From NCBI GenBank assembly GCA_964016885.1, contig OZ024742.1, forward strand, positions 298,716,001 to 298,780,000: a stretch of 64,000 nt of DNA, read 5' to 3'. A program made the position numbers and the translations under genes. How positions within the stretch are numbered: the first letter of the stretch is position 1; each line of letters opens with the position of its first letter. This document shows positions 29,944 through 44,524 of this stretch, piece by piece. The notes below the pieces were generated by a model. The model worked only from the letters and a program-made list of their open reading frames with translations. It was not told the origin of the DNA and ran no database searches. Source of the DNA: Eledone cirrhosa (taxonomy: Eukaryota).

Positions 29944-30070
29944 GATATTTTAGTCAGTAAGTCAATTTTATAATTTTTTTATAATTTTATAATTTTCTTA
30001 TCTTACGTCTCTCATATGTATATATATATGTATATATGTATATGTATATATATGTATATATATATATGTT

Positions 30071-30134
<64 letters not shown>

Positions 30135-30185
30135 ATATATACATATGTATATATATGTATATATATATATATGTATATATATATG

Positions 30186-30218
<33 letters not shown>

Positions 30219-30283
30219 GTATATATATATATGTATATATATATGTATATATATATGTATATATATATGTATATATATATATG

Positions 30284-30328
<45 letters not shown>

Positions 30329-30721
30329 GTATATATATATGTGTATATATATATGTATATATATATATATGTATATATGTATATGTATATATGTATATGT
30401 ATATGTATATATATATATGTATATATGTATATGTATATGTATATATGTATATGTATATATATATATGTATATGTATATATATATATGTATATATGTATAT
30501 GTATATATGTATATGTATATATATATCCGTATATATGTATATATGTATATGTATATACATATATATGTATATGTATATATATATCCGTATATATGTATAT
30601 ATGTATATATGTATATGTATATACTCATATATGTGTATGTATATATATAAACGTATATATGTATATATATATATGTATATATATATATATACATGTATAT
30701 GTATATATATATATATACATG

Positions 30722-31279
30722 CACATATATGTATACAGACTTACAGTAGTATGTATATATATATATATTCATGCACACATATATATATGTACGTATGGAT
30801 TCACCGAACATTTATTATAATGCTCGGTGTGTTTGTAAACAAACATCCCGAATTAAGCCGTACAGTGTCTAGCAACCATCGTTGCTCATTTGTTCAACAC
30901 TGACAAAGGAGCGCTGTACTAGTTTCAAGCTTATTAGCTATCGTCAGCAACGTATACCTTCCTGCCAGATGATTGAACGTCTGAAAGTATATACTTTCCT
31001 GAAGCATATTAACGGCTGCGCAGCCTAATTTGCATATCGAGTGAGTTAATCGGCCGGGGCAGCGAAAACGATAAACAGAAAAAATGAAACGAAATTTCAT
31101 TTCTCACTCTTAGTACGGCTGTTACTTAAATATAAGTATGTATACGTACATACATATATGTATACAGACGTACAGTAGTATGTAAATATATATATACATG
31201 CACACATATATATATATGTACGTATGGATTCACCAAACATTTATAATAATGCACGGTGTGTTTGTAAACAAACATCCCA
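30722..31279 (-). mobile_element. Family R copy 3: partial tandem (period about 429 bp) with intact HHR at 30911-30953
   Basis: 30724-30849 repeats at about 31153-31279; ACGTTG-CTGACGA-T-AGCT-aata-AGCT-T-GAAA-CTAGTA/CAGCG. Confidence 0.82.
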
Positions 31280-31586
31280 ATGCTGTCGAAATGTTCGATA
31301 AATACTCCATCGTAGCCGCCGCGAAGGGCTGCTTTCGGTTATTTGTCGGAGATTTCTTCATAGGAGCCTTTATTCTTATAGCTTGGTCTAATTGATTTTT
31401 ATATGCTTAATTATGCTAATTGGGAGAGGAAATGGTATATATTATATCTAGTGATTCTAACGACATGTTTTAAGATATATGTATATATATACATATATAT
31501 GTATATATATATATACATATATATGTATATATGTATATATATGTACATATGTATATATATACATATATATGTATATATATATATAC

Positions 31587-31634
<48 letters not shown>

Positions 31635-31636
<2 letters not shown>

Positions 31637-34600
31637 TACCGTTGAGGGTAGGCGGCCCTCCTGTTACCTCTGTGGAGCCAGAGGTCACCTGAGGGCTGAC
31701 TCTCCTCAACTTAATAAGAAAACCCCAATCCTGCCTACACCACCAACAACTGCACAACCAACACAATTACCACAACCATCACTACAAAAACAACAACCAC
31801 AGCTCAAACCAAAACAAAACAATGTCCAACCCATCTCCCCCACTAAAAAAAAAAACAATTTCTAAAACACCCACACCGCAAACACAAACCGAAAATCTAC
31901 CCCTGCCCTACAACGCGGAAAATGACCCTCGTTCGTCGTCAGACGAGGAGGAGCACTTCCACACAATCAAAAGAAAAAAAAAACACACCTCAGACACACA
32001 AATGAAAACAACCCCTCCCCAAAAGATAACACTGACACCAACACAAAAGAGCACACAACAACAGCAAACATAAAACACCACACAAAAATAAAAACATGCA
32101 TACACATACATAAACACAAGAAATGAAAAACTGTTAAACATTGTGTACAACAACAATTTAGTAAAAACCCAAGGGCCTAACTTCACCCAGGCAGGGGATT
32201 TCCCCCACCTCAAAATGATTAAGGCCCCAGAGGACACATATAAAACACTAAAAAACAAATTTAAAGAGGACGTGCCCCCCCCCCCCCCCTGCATCGGGCC
32301 CATTAATCGCGTCCTCCTACAAAACTACTCCACCCCCTCTCCAAACACCCACCCCTTCTCCAAACACCCACACAACGCCAAACACCCCAACCATACAACA
32401 CACCGATGCCCCTACACTTCCACAAACCACCCCCACCCAACAACCCACCCCCCACCCTCATGGAAATTGTGCAGCCCGATACCCGGGACGCAGAGAGGTA
32501 AGTGCCTTTTCTCTTCACCGCCAACATGGCTATGCTAAGAGTAGGCTGTCTAAATGCGCGTGGCCTGGGCTCAACTTGGAAGCAAGCAATGCTTCTAAAT
32601 GACCTCATGTCACAACGTATAGATGTGATAGTTATTTGCGAGCCCCGGATCAGCAACGTGCGACAGCTGGCCCCCACCTTTGATGACTTTGAGATGCACG
32701 CATCTCTCTGTCAGCCCGGAGGTGGGGTGGGTTTGTCGTTCTGCTGCAAAAACATCTGGGTCTCGTAACACAGACGGTACATTTGGACCCGGAGGGTCGA
32801 CTAGTGGTTCTGGACCGGGTCAATGCGGCCGGACTTCTTTCATCGTCTGGAGACTTTTCTAGGGACGTCCCGCTCCTTGCTATTAGTGGGGGACTGGAAT
32901 GGTATCCTAGATGCACGCTGGGACTACGTAGGGGCCTGTCCCGATAGAGAGGGGTGTAATAGCCTCAAAGGGTTAATCGGTCGATTTGACCTGGCCGATA
33001 GATATCGACTAGATTTTCCGCCTGCGCCAACCTGGACTTGGGCAAACCGCAGCGGATCATCTAGGTCGTACCTAGATAGGTTCTTAGTTATAAATAAGGA
33101 TAAGGACTTTTTAAGTTGTCCAAAAATGCGCATGGTTGGCTATTAAGACCACAAGTTAGTGACTTGCATGTTCAACCTTGACAGAAAGCATAGACAGGGA
33201 CCCGGTTACTGGAAGCTCAACTTGTCCTTACCGGCAAGTAAGGCTTACAGGGACCGAATTAGCAGTTTAGTTAAGGAGCGGTTGACGGGCGCCATAATCA
33301 ACAGCAGGGGGTGGGGATCTCTCAAAAGAGAGATTAGAGTATATAGAATTTAGTAAGGAGTTAGTCTCAAATAGAAATAGGAAGGAAAGGGAGTTGGTAG
33401 ATAGTGTAGAAGAGGCAATTAGAAGCGGCGACGTGGCCAGAGTGCTAGCGTCGAGAACGGCCCTGGGCCAGTTCTTCGACGCGAAACACGAAGGCTGATC
33501 GTCCGAAGCAAAATACGTGCTCTGGGAAACGAGGGGACCAAAGCTGTTAGCTGGGCCCGCGTGACAGAAGCCAAAAGAGGGAGTAGATCCACTATCTGGT
33601 CTTTGCGAGACCAGGATGGACGGGTGATCCTTGAGCCTAAGCAGATGTGCGAGGCTTTTCAAAAGCACTTTGCCAGATTGTTCGGAAGGGGCGGGGAGCC
33701 GGTTGGGGAAGTGGACTTCGGTCCATACCTCGACGGCCTGCTGCGTCTCTCGGACAGGGAGGCGAAGTCCTGCGAGGAGCCGATTTCAGCCGCTGAGATA
33801 GAGGACGTGCTGAGCCAATGCGGCAAACGCAAATCCCCGGGTCTCGATGGTCTTCCATACGAACTATATCTAGCTATGCCGGACTTGTTCCCCGATCTCC
33901 TCGAGGCGGTCTACTGAAACTGGCAACAGAATGGGAGAATTCCCTGTGCTGTGACCAAGGGCGTAGTCACGCTAGTGAGGAAGGACGAGAACAAGGGGGA
34001 CGATATAAATAATTTCAGACCCATAACTCTGCTAAATACAGAGTTACAGATTTTAGCCAAGGTGCTAGCAAAGAGGTTGGCGCTTGTCGTGGGCAACCTG
34101 GTGGGAGATGCGCAGACATGTGCTATCCCGTCCAGGTCCATCCACGACAACCTCCACCTCATGCGATACATCATAGAGAGGGTTGGGAACGAACCCGGTT
34201 TTGGTGGGGCCCTGATCAACTTGGATCAATCTAAGGCGTTCGATAGGGTCGACCATGGTTACCTGGATGCGGTACTAGCGGCGCAGGCTTCGGACCCGTT
34301 TTCAGGGGCTGGATCAATGCCATGCACAGCAGCCGCATCTGCTCTAGGGTCAAGGTGAACGGCTACCTCTCGGAGCCGTTCGAAATCGCGCGGTCCATCC
34401 GAAAAGGGTGCTCTCTCTCCTCCCTTCTGTATGTAATGACTCTAGAGTCACTGCTGCGGAAGTTGGAGTTGTTGCAAGGCATCCCGTTGGAACCGGGATT
34501 GCGGAAAGCAGTGTCGGCCTACGCCGATAACGTAACAGTAATGGTTCGACGGTCTCGGAAATAGGGGCGATCGGCACCTTACTGGAGGAGTACGAAATGT

Positions 34601-35992
34601 TTACAGGGGCTAAGCTGAACCGGGACAAGTCGATCGGTCTGCAACTCGGCACGTGGAGGGGCAGATCGATGCCCTCCGAAGGCGTCGGCGGGCGCTGGAC
34701 GGAGGGCCCGGTGAAGTAGCTCGGGGTCTTGTTCGGACCAGACCTCCAGGTGGAGAAGAACTGAGGTGAGGTAAAGAACAGGGTGTTTGCACTGACCCAG
34801 AAGTGGGCCGAGTGCAAACTGTCCCTGAAAGGTCGGGCGGAGGTGGCAAACACTTACATAGCATCCGTCATCTACTACCGCCTGACCGTTGTGCCTTGCC
34901 CAAGGGAAACGCTCGCCAAAATGGAGCGCGCACTCTTCCAATTCCTTTGGAAGAAGCGGGCTCCTATGGTGAGGAGATCCATCTGCTGTCAACACCCTTC
35001 GAAAGGAGGGCTGGGAATGCCGTGACTAATGATACGTAAACACGCATTAAGGATACGGCACCTCCACGTATTCCTCACCTGTCAACCTGTGTGGCCCCCG
35101 TTTGTGAGGGGAGCCTTTCCCAGACTCGTCTCATTCATCGAGCTGCAATCCTGGGTCAAGCAAAGACCGAGAAAACTGGGCGCCTGGCACACCGAGTGTG
35201 CCCAGGCGCTCACGGCTCTCTGGCAGGCGGACCCGGCTGTCAGTGGAGAATCCACCTCGTCATTCTATAGAGGGCTGGTGGTTAGCAGGGGCGACGACAC
35301 CCTCGGAGAAGCCCTAGGCATGGAGGAAGAAGAACTGGCCAACCTGTTCGGTAGGACATTCAGCCCGGGACCCATGGTTAACTTCCAGAGGTCCCTGGCC
35401 TGGCAGTGCTACCGAGGGGCTCTGCCCGTTCGAAAAAAGGCTCTACAGACACGGGCGCCCGAGTAGAGATTCCACGAAAAAGATCTGTCCCAGATACGTG
35501 TGCGACGAAGAAACCGTTGCGCACGCATTGGTACACTGCTCGGGTATTGCCGATCTGTGGGGCTATGTCGAAGAACTGCTGTCAAGGGTGGGACCGATCT
35601 GGTTGACCACCGAGTCTATTGTAACGATCAAGCCGCCCCCCTCTTCAAAAACGAAGGAGAGGCGGTGTTTCTGTGCGTAATAGCCATGGCGAAAGAGGTA
35701 GTATGGTGGACGCGTCTGAAAGGACTGAGGTCAGACACCTTTCTCTCTGGCCAACAACTGGTCCGTTTCCTCCGATATCATTTCGGAAGAAGGATCAGGA
35801 TGGAGAGAGAGGTGCTGCACCCCAGCCGTTTTTATGAAACAAGGGTGAAAGTGGCGAGAATGGCCCGTGTGAATTGGCCTTCACTCTACGTCAGACTATA
35901 GGTGAGGAAGATGAAAGATCAAGGGAGCACCCCCTCTCTGTGCTCCTGAGGAGAAGGGTTGCACACTTTTTTGGGCAAATAAAAAGAAAGTT
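31635..35992 (+). mobile_element. Tx1/L1-clade LINE, 5'-truncated in ORF1, with disrupted APE-RT-CCHC ORF2
   Basis: Zn-knuckle CYLCGARGH; APE (CLNARGL, GDWN, SYLDRF, DHK, YWKLN); RT (KSPGLDG, FRPITLLN, LDQSKAFDRV, GCSLS, AYAD); AATAAA then (TA)n. Confidence 0.9.
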
Positions 35993-36109
35993 ATATATAT
36001 ATACATATATATGTATATATGTATATATATATATTTATGTATATATGTATATATATATATGTATATATGTATATATATATATATACATATATATGTATAC
36101 ATATATATG

Positions 36110-36169
<60 letters not shown>

Positions 36170-36278
36170 TATGTATACTTATATATGTAGATATGTATAT
36201 ATGTATATATATATATATGTATAAGTATATATAAATGTATATATGTATATATATATATGTATATATGTATATGTATAT

Positions 36279-36370
<92 letters not shown>

Positions 36371-36395
36371 GTATATATATATGTATATATATATG

Positions 36396-36446
<51 letters not shown>

Positions 36447-36704
36447 GTATATATATATGTATATATATATGTATATATATATATGTATATATGTATATGT
36501 ATATATATATGTATATGTATATATATATGTATATGTATATATATATATGTATATGTATATATATATAGGTATATATATACATGTATATATATATGTATAT
36601 ATGTATATGCATATATATATATATATGTATATATGTATATGTATGTATATATGTATATCTATGTATATATGTATATGTATGTATGTATATGTATGTATAT
36701 GTAT

Positions 36705-36752
<48 letters not shown>

Positions 36753-36765
36753 GTATATATATATG

Positions 36766-36798
<33 letters not shown>

Positions 36799-37045
36799 GT
36801 ATATATATATGTATATATAATAAGTATATATACATATATATATACATATATGTATATATGTAATATATATGTATATATGTATATATGTATATATATATAG
36901 ATGTATATATGTATATATATATATATGTATCTATATATGTATATATATATGTATATATATATATATGTATATATATATAGATGTATATATGTATATATAT
37001 ATATATGTATCTATATATGTATATATATATGTATATATATATATG

Positions 37046-37118
<73 letters not shown>

Positions 37119-37131
37119 GTATATATATATG

Positions 37132-37176
<45 letters not shown>

Positions 37177-37247
37177 ATGTAGGTATATATATATATGTAT
37201 ATATGTATATATGTATATGTATGTATATATATATATGTATATGTATG

Positions 37248-37298
<51 letters not shown>

Positions 37299-37370
37299 AT
37301 ATATGTGTATATATATGCATATATGTGTATGTATGTATATATATATAGGTATATATATATATATATATAT
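35993..37370. repeat. Cryptic (TA)n/(TATG) array
   Basis: Direct reading. Confidence 0.95.
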
Positions 37371-38383
37371 TTCGTTTCTCAATTTGTTTAGCAGGATTCT
37401 TTATCTGAAATCGTGTGTTGAAACCGATATTGTTATACTTTGGGAGGGTCATGTTGCCAATAAGAAACACACGCAGCAGTTGCTTTCACTTCAATTTATT
37501 ATAATAAATTTATAATAAATTTATAAATTTATAAATTTATAAATTTCTGGTTGGTTGGTTGGTTCCACAACCAGATAGTTGTTTATATATAGTCATAGTT
37601 CTTTCGTCACACACTCTGTGACCTCTTCAGTGACTGGGGATTCGTTTCTTTGTTTCTGTGCCTCCCCTTTGTTCTGTCCTACGCCATTTTGTTTCTGTGT
37701 GTGTGTTGTGTGCTCAGTCTGCCATGCGCCACATCCGGGTGTCTGTGTGTGTTTATGTTCATTTATTTATTTGTTTATTTACATGTTACTGGTTGGTTGT
37801 TTGTTCTATGTGTGTGTGTGTTTTCATTTTGTCCTTAATTGTAAGTTGTGATGTTGCTGTTCCACTCATATTTTCTATTTAATTTTGGTTGTAATTCTTT
37901 TATGTTTATTGCCTCTGTAATTTGTCTAAACATTGCGTCTTTTCTGTGTGTAGATTCTATTTTTATTTCTATGTTCTCTAATTTACAAAATGAAAACACA
38001 CACACACATAGAACAAACAACCAACCAGTAACATGTAAATAAACAAATAAATAAATGAACATAAACACACACAGACACCCGGATGTGGCGCATGCGCAGA
38101 CTGAGCACACAACACACACACAGAAACAAAATGGCGTAGGACAGAACAAAGGAGAGGCACAGAAACAAAGAAAGGAATCCCCAGTCACTGAAGAGGTCAC
38201 AGAGTGTGTGACGAAAGAACTATGACTATATATAAACAACTATCTGGTTGTGGAACCAACCAACCAACCAGAAATTTATAAATTTATAAATTTATTATAA
38301 ATTTATTATAATAAATTGAAGTGAAAGCAACTGGTGCGTGTGTTTCTTATTGGCAACATGACCCTCCCAAAGTATAACAATAT
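37371..38383. mobile_element. Family A head-to-head remnant (minus arm 37371-37985 includes the EN C-terminus; plus arm 37986-38383); HHRs at 37591-37635 minus and 38183-38227 plus
   Basis: Inverted homology; translation KLENIEIKIESTHRKDAMFRQITEA. Confidence 0.9.
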
Positions 38384-38418
38384 ATATATATATATATATG
38401 TATATGTATGTATATATG

Positions 38419-38453
<35 letters not shown>

Positions 38454-38588
38454 ATGTATGTATATATGTATATGTATATATATGTATATGTATGTATATA
38501 TGTATATGTATATATATGTATATATATATGTATATATATGTATATATATATATATGTATGTATATGTATATATATATATATATGTATG

Positions 38589-38631
<43 letters not shown>

Positions 38632-38647
38632 GTATATATATATATGT

Positions 38648-38746
<99 letters not shown>

Positions 38747-39128
38747 CATATATATGTATATGTATATATATATACATATATATGTATATGTATATATATA
38801 TACATATATATGTATATGTATATATATATACATATACATGTATATGTATATATATATACATATATATGTATATGTATATATATATACATAAACATGTATA
38901 TGTATATATATATACATAAACATGTATATGTATATATATATACATATATATGTATATGTATATATATATATACATATACATGTATATGTATATATATATA
39001 CATATATATGTATATGTATATATATATACATATATATGTATATGTATATATGTATATATATATACATATATATGTATGTATGTATATATGTATATATATA
39101 TACATATATATGTATATATGTATATATG

Positions 39129-39175
<47 letters not shown>

Positions 39176-39503
39176 ATATATACACATATATATATATATA
39201 TGTATATATGTATATATATATACATATATATGTATATATATATATATATATACATATATATGTATACATATATATGTATACATATATATGTATATATATA
39301 TATATGTATACATATATATGTATACATATATATGTATACATATATATGTATACATATATATGTATACATATATATGTATACATATATATGTATATATATA
39401 TATATGTATACATATATATGTACATATATATTTATGTATACATATATATGTATATATATATATATATATATGTATACATATATATGTATATATATATATA
39501 TGT

Positions 39504-39540
<37 letters not shown>

Positions 39541-39736
39541 TATGTATATATATATATATGTATACAGATATATGTATGTATACATATATATGTATATATA
39601 TATATATGTATACATATATATGTATACATGTATATATATATATATGTATACATATATATGTATACATATATATGTATATATATGTATACTTATATATGTA
39701 TATATGTATATATGTATATATATATATATATATATA
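38384..39736. repeat. Cryptic (TA)n array
   Basis: Direct reading. Confidence 0.95.
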
Positions 39737-39819
39737 TTGCTCTACAGTTCTTATATATTTGATATATATTTATCCCTATCGAGCCCTCTTTGGATTTTAG
39801 TTTTCAAATTTATTATTAT

Positions 39820-39938
<119 letters not shown>

Positions 39939-40019
39939 TATATATATATATATTGTATGTATTTCTTTATTCGTTGGACCTCCACCGCGTTATATGTCAC
40001 GTATATCAGTTGATCAACT

Positions 40020-40267
40020 AATGTGGAAATGGCTGAGCATGCCACAAACATGTGCCATCATAACTTACATGGCAGAATTTAGCCAGCCACAGTGTGTGAC
40101 TAGGTTGTTACTTTGAATTACAGGTATAAACCCATATTTGGCAGCTGAATGGACTGAAACGAAATAAAATTTCTAGTTCAAATATACATCGAACAGTGTG
40201 GAATAAAACTAATGAACTTAAGATAATAATATGGATACCCTAATCACTAAGCCACGCAGTTTCACAC
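40020..40267 (-). mobile_element. Old tRNA-derived SINE
   Basis: Similar to 54767-55009 and 57270-57415; minus-strand head GTGAA..CGTGGCTTAGTG..TAGG (A-box-like). Confidence 0.55.
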
Positions 40268-40577
40268 TTGATAACAATCTACCAATACAATATCGCGTAT
40301 TTTAATGGAAAGATACTTGCATATCATTTAATAATACAATATGCTAACAGAAAGTAACTAGTAACCTAAAATACGTTTTCCCCAGTGGCATAAACAGTAT
40401 CATGCTATGATTTAATCAAATTTTTATTTAGCAGACTGCAGTTTCCCTGAACTGGAATATACCAATAATTACATGGGAATAATTCTGATTAGAAAACATA
40501 AACTGAACTTTATATAAGTGTATGCATCATATCTACGCATATTTTTATATATGGGGATGTAAACAGATACGCAAGTG

Positions 40578-40662
<85 letters not shown>

Positions 40663-40760
40663 ACACACACACACATACACACACACATACATACATACAT
40701 ACATACATACATACATACATACATACATGCATACATACATACATACATACATACATACAT

Positions 40761-41866
40761 AAGGTGGCCGGGGTCTAAAATCAATATTAACAACATATGA
40801 GACCCGGATAGTAACACTGAAGCAACACCTTCAACAGAGGAAAAAGGTTGGCGACCATCTTGCTCAGGCTTATGAGCATGAAAAAAGAAATATCATTAGA
40901 ATAGCGACTGATCTGGAGGAGAGATATGGAATAAAGCCTGATATAAATCTCTCACCCAGAGAAATCGGAAGATCCTATTCAATGTTCAAACAAGAAAAAA
41001 AAAATTGACCAATTTACAGAGAAAGTTGTGCATGGATACTTGAGGCGTAAAACACAGACCATAGAGGGGATAAACCACTCAAAAAGCCTGGCATGGAGTT
41101 CCGACAAGTTTATGACATCACACCTTGAGGGATATCTCTATGCAATACAGGAACAAGAACTCCCTACCAAATATCTGCTGCACAAAAGAGGAGGGCCAGC
41201 AGCTGACAATAAATGTAGGCTATGTAAAACAAAGATCGAGGATGTAAGCCACATTGTTGCCAGCTGCGAAAGAATGTCATCTCGCTACTACCTCCCCATG
41301 AGACACGATGGGATAGCTAGAACTATCTGGAACGCACTTCGGAAAACAAAATTAACAACAAACGAGGAAGAATATATTGAGACAGATGGCACTAAGGAAT
41401 ACTGGTGGAACCTGAAAATAAAAACTGCCACCAAATTAAAGCACAACCGGCCTGATATTGTAGTTTGGGACCACACATTGAAAACGTGTTCTGTTGTGGA
41501 GATCAGCTGCCCACTTGATGTAAACGTTGTCAGAAAAATACAGGAGAAGGAGGACATCTACGGACCATTGATGAGGAGCTTACAAATCCAGTATCCAAGA
41601 TACACCTTTAGCTTCATACCCATCATTATTGGTGCTACGGGTTATATACCAACCCGCTTGGACCAAAGTATGACCGAACTTGGATTTGCGGACAAAAAGC
41701 GCAGCTCCCTAATTCATAGTCTACAAATGGCTGCGATAGCTGGCACCTTCAAAATATGCAAAACATTCTTGCGATTCAAGGGATGACAATTTCTTTTCTT
41801 TTACAACCTTGCCACCAGGAAGGTGGCCGGTCAAAAAAATATACTCGAAATTAAGAGAAAGAGAAA

Positions 41867-41867
<1 letters not shown>
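40761..41867 (+). mobile_element. R4/Dong/Rex6-like non-LTR retrotransposon 3' fragment (CCHC + restriction-like endonuclease, ORF 41028-41786)
   Basis: AIQEQ, CRLC..E..SHIVASC, RHD, NRPDIVVWD, VEISCP, PIIIGATG; flanked by (CATA)n on both sides. Confidence 0.85.
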
Positions 41868-41898
<31 letters not shown>

Positions 41899-41899
<1 letters not shown>

Positions 41900-42359
41900 C
41901 AGAACTGATGAGAAATCTGCAAATACTCCACCCTGATTACACCTTCAGATTTATGCCTCTGATTATTGGGGCACTGGGATATGTTAGTAACTGCCTCAAT
42001 ACAAATCTTGAGAAGCTAGGCTTCACAGGAACAGAAAAAACACAACTAGTTAGGAAATTACAAGTACAATCCATTAATGGAACAGTAAGAATATGTAAAA
42101 CATTCCAAAAATTGTGCATCTAATAACTGCATATACACATGTACAGATACAAAGCATATACACATGCACACATACAACTCAAAACATACACATCCACACA
42201 TACAATAACATCCATATCTACACATGCATGCATGCAGACATACATACATATCTACCTAGTTGATGTTGTGTAAATTCCAATGAGAAAGTCTTGTGTCTAT
42301 GTTAGAAACCAACTCTCTCTCTATTGGTAAAACTTTGTGAAATTATAAAACCAGAAGAA
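41899..42359 (+). mobile_element. Second, divergent R4/Dong-like 3' fragment
   Basis: ELMRNLQILHPDYTFRFMPLIIGALGYV...GTVRICKTF parallels the first copy; ends in (CATA)n. Confidence 0.8.
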
Positions 42360-42430
42360 CATACATACATACATACATACATACATACATACATACATAC
42401 ATACATACATACATACATACATACATACAT

Positions 42431-43045
42431 GGTGGTGGTGGCTGCCAACTCGTTTTCGAGTACGGCCACTACTTTATATCCATGTAGGAGAACCCCTACC
42501 GATGCGTTGAACAAGTGTGACTTTTTAGTCCAGCCAGCGACTTGAAAACTCTGGTTCAAACACTACACTTGTGACAATTATTGACACATAGTGCTGGGCC
42601 CATGGTACCATGTGATGACAAGTGCAGAGAGATCTCCAGATACAAAGCAATGCCTGTGTTGTGAAGCTTTTATAGTGAGCATAGGTACTGCACAAAGCCA
42701 GTCCCACTCTCTTAACCAAGATGATATTTACCAAAAAGAAGAACAAGTCAACATCATTGGATACCATCAGAGTTTCAGGTGTTATATCAGAGTTTTCCTT
42801 CTCCAAGAATTCTGCCTTGACAAAGGCTAAGGGGTCATATCTCCCGGTGATTTTGGATGGCCATTGACTCTTAAGAGCTCCTATGCCCTTTGACAGGTTT
42901 TGTTTTTAGTCCTGCAGAATGTCCAAAGTCACCCTCCTCACCAAGAAACCTTGGTGGGGTTGCCAGTTTAGTCGCCAACGACCCGACCATGAGACAGGTT
43001 GTACTGGGATACATGTTACCAGTAGCACCAACTGGTGACCTGACA
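42431..43045 (-). mobile_element. Probable RTE-clade LINE 5' UTR remnant
   Basis: Minus-strand GGCGACTAAACTGGCAACCCC and GGAGAAGGAAAACTCTGA resemble RTE 5' UTRs (recognition only). Confidence 0.4.
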
Positions 43046-43092
43046 TAAAATACATACATACATACATAGATAAACACATACACACACACACA

Positions 43093-43157
<65 letters not shown>

Positions 43158-43422
43158 GTGTGTGTGTGTGTGTAAGTGCGTATGTGAGTTTGTTAAGTGA
43201 GAGCGGAAATTACACAAGAGGCAAATAGGATACAAATTTGTTCGTATGAAAACCAATTACCTATTTAATTATACATTATCATAACATCCCACCAGTTCAT
43301 TAGAAGTTTAAAGTGACTAAATAAATACATTGGACACCTTATCATTGTATGTCATGTCTCCAAGTAGTGGTTCAGTTAGCAGGAAGAATCTAGTTCTAGA
43401 ATAATATCTAGTTGACTATCTC

Positions 43423-43645
43423 CATCATCGTTTAACGTCCGCTTTACGTGCAAGGATTGGATGGGTCTACATAAACTAAGTCAGTACCGAAGAGGGATAC
43501 TGACCAACGATATAGGCCCGGTGTGAGATTGCATCTCGCCTATCTATGATCTCCCGTTCTACTCATTGCACAAGTGAGGTTATGGTGTCTTTGATACAAC
43601 CCTCCATTTGGCAAGCTTTCTATGGCCGTATGCCCTTCCTATCAC
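43423..43645 (-). mobile_element. Degenerate SINE / RTE-type tail
   Basis: CATCATCGTTTAACGTCCG...TTTCTATGGCCGTATGCCCTTCCT. Confidence 0.4.
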
Positions 43646-44392
43646 AATATATAAAACATGTTCAATGGCAAGTAAGTTCTGTTAAAGCTAGCACGACTTT
43701 CTTGGTGACGAATTGAAAGAGCCGTTATGATATTTTCCGCACTCTCTGCACTCCAAGTTCAAATCTTTCCCGGGGTCAACTTTGCCTTCCATTATTTTGT
43801 GGCTGATAAATGACGAACGAGTCCAGTGAATTGACAGAATTGCTAACGAATTGGATAAGATGCTTCGCGGGATCTGATCTAAATTTGTGCGCCGTTCTAC
43901 TCTCTTTTCCAGGAGTTGCGAATGGCAGATTGTATCAACAAGAAAAAGGCGAGCTGTTTGAACTGATGATCTAAACATTTCCTTTCGATTTCTTGCGCCA
44001 TGGACACTCGCACAACAAGAATAACTGGAATAGATTAGAGTTCCATCAAGTTTTATTATAGGTATTCCATTTGTTCGATCAACCAAATGACCTGTTCATT
44101 AATTGACGCGCAAGTGGATGAGAATTCTACTGATACGTTTAAGATTGTCTCTCTCGCTGAGATTCAGCGGACACACGGTGTAACACAGCTGGCATTTTGA
44201 ATTCTATATACAGTCTAACCGAGAAACCTTAAAACAGTTCACGTCTACCCAATTTCACTCACAAATGTTGAGTCGACCAGAGCTTATGGAAAATGTCGTT
44301 TGCCCAAGACGAATTTTATTTTGAACCCTGAATTTTATTATTTCCAATATACTTATAAATACTTATAAATACATACACACACACATATATAC

Positions 44393-44481
<89 letters not shown>

Positions 44482-44524
44482 CATATATGCATTATATACA
44501 TATAAATATATATATATATATATA

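Noticed and set aside
31280-31475. GC-rich hairpins next to R copy 3 as another ribozyme
   Set aside because: No complete HHR core or NUH site could be assigned on either strand
33914-33917. TGA at a position that is Cys in the second Tx1 copy
   Set aside because: The copy has many other stops and frameshifts; ordinary decay
43688-44086. 132-aa minus-strand ORF
   Set aside because: No recognisable domain or convincing splice structure
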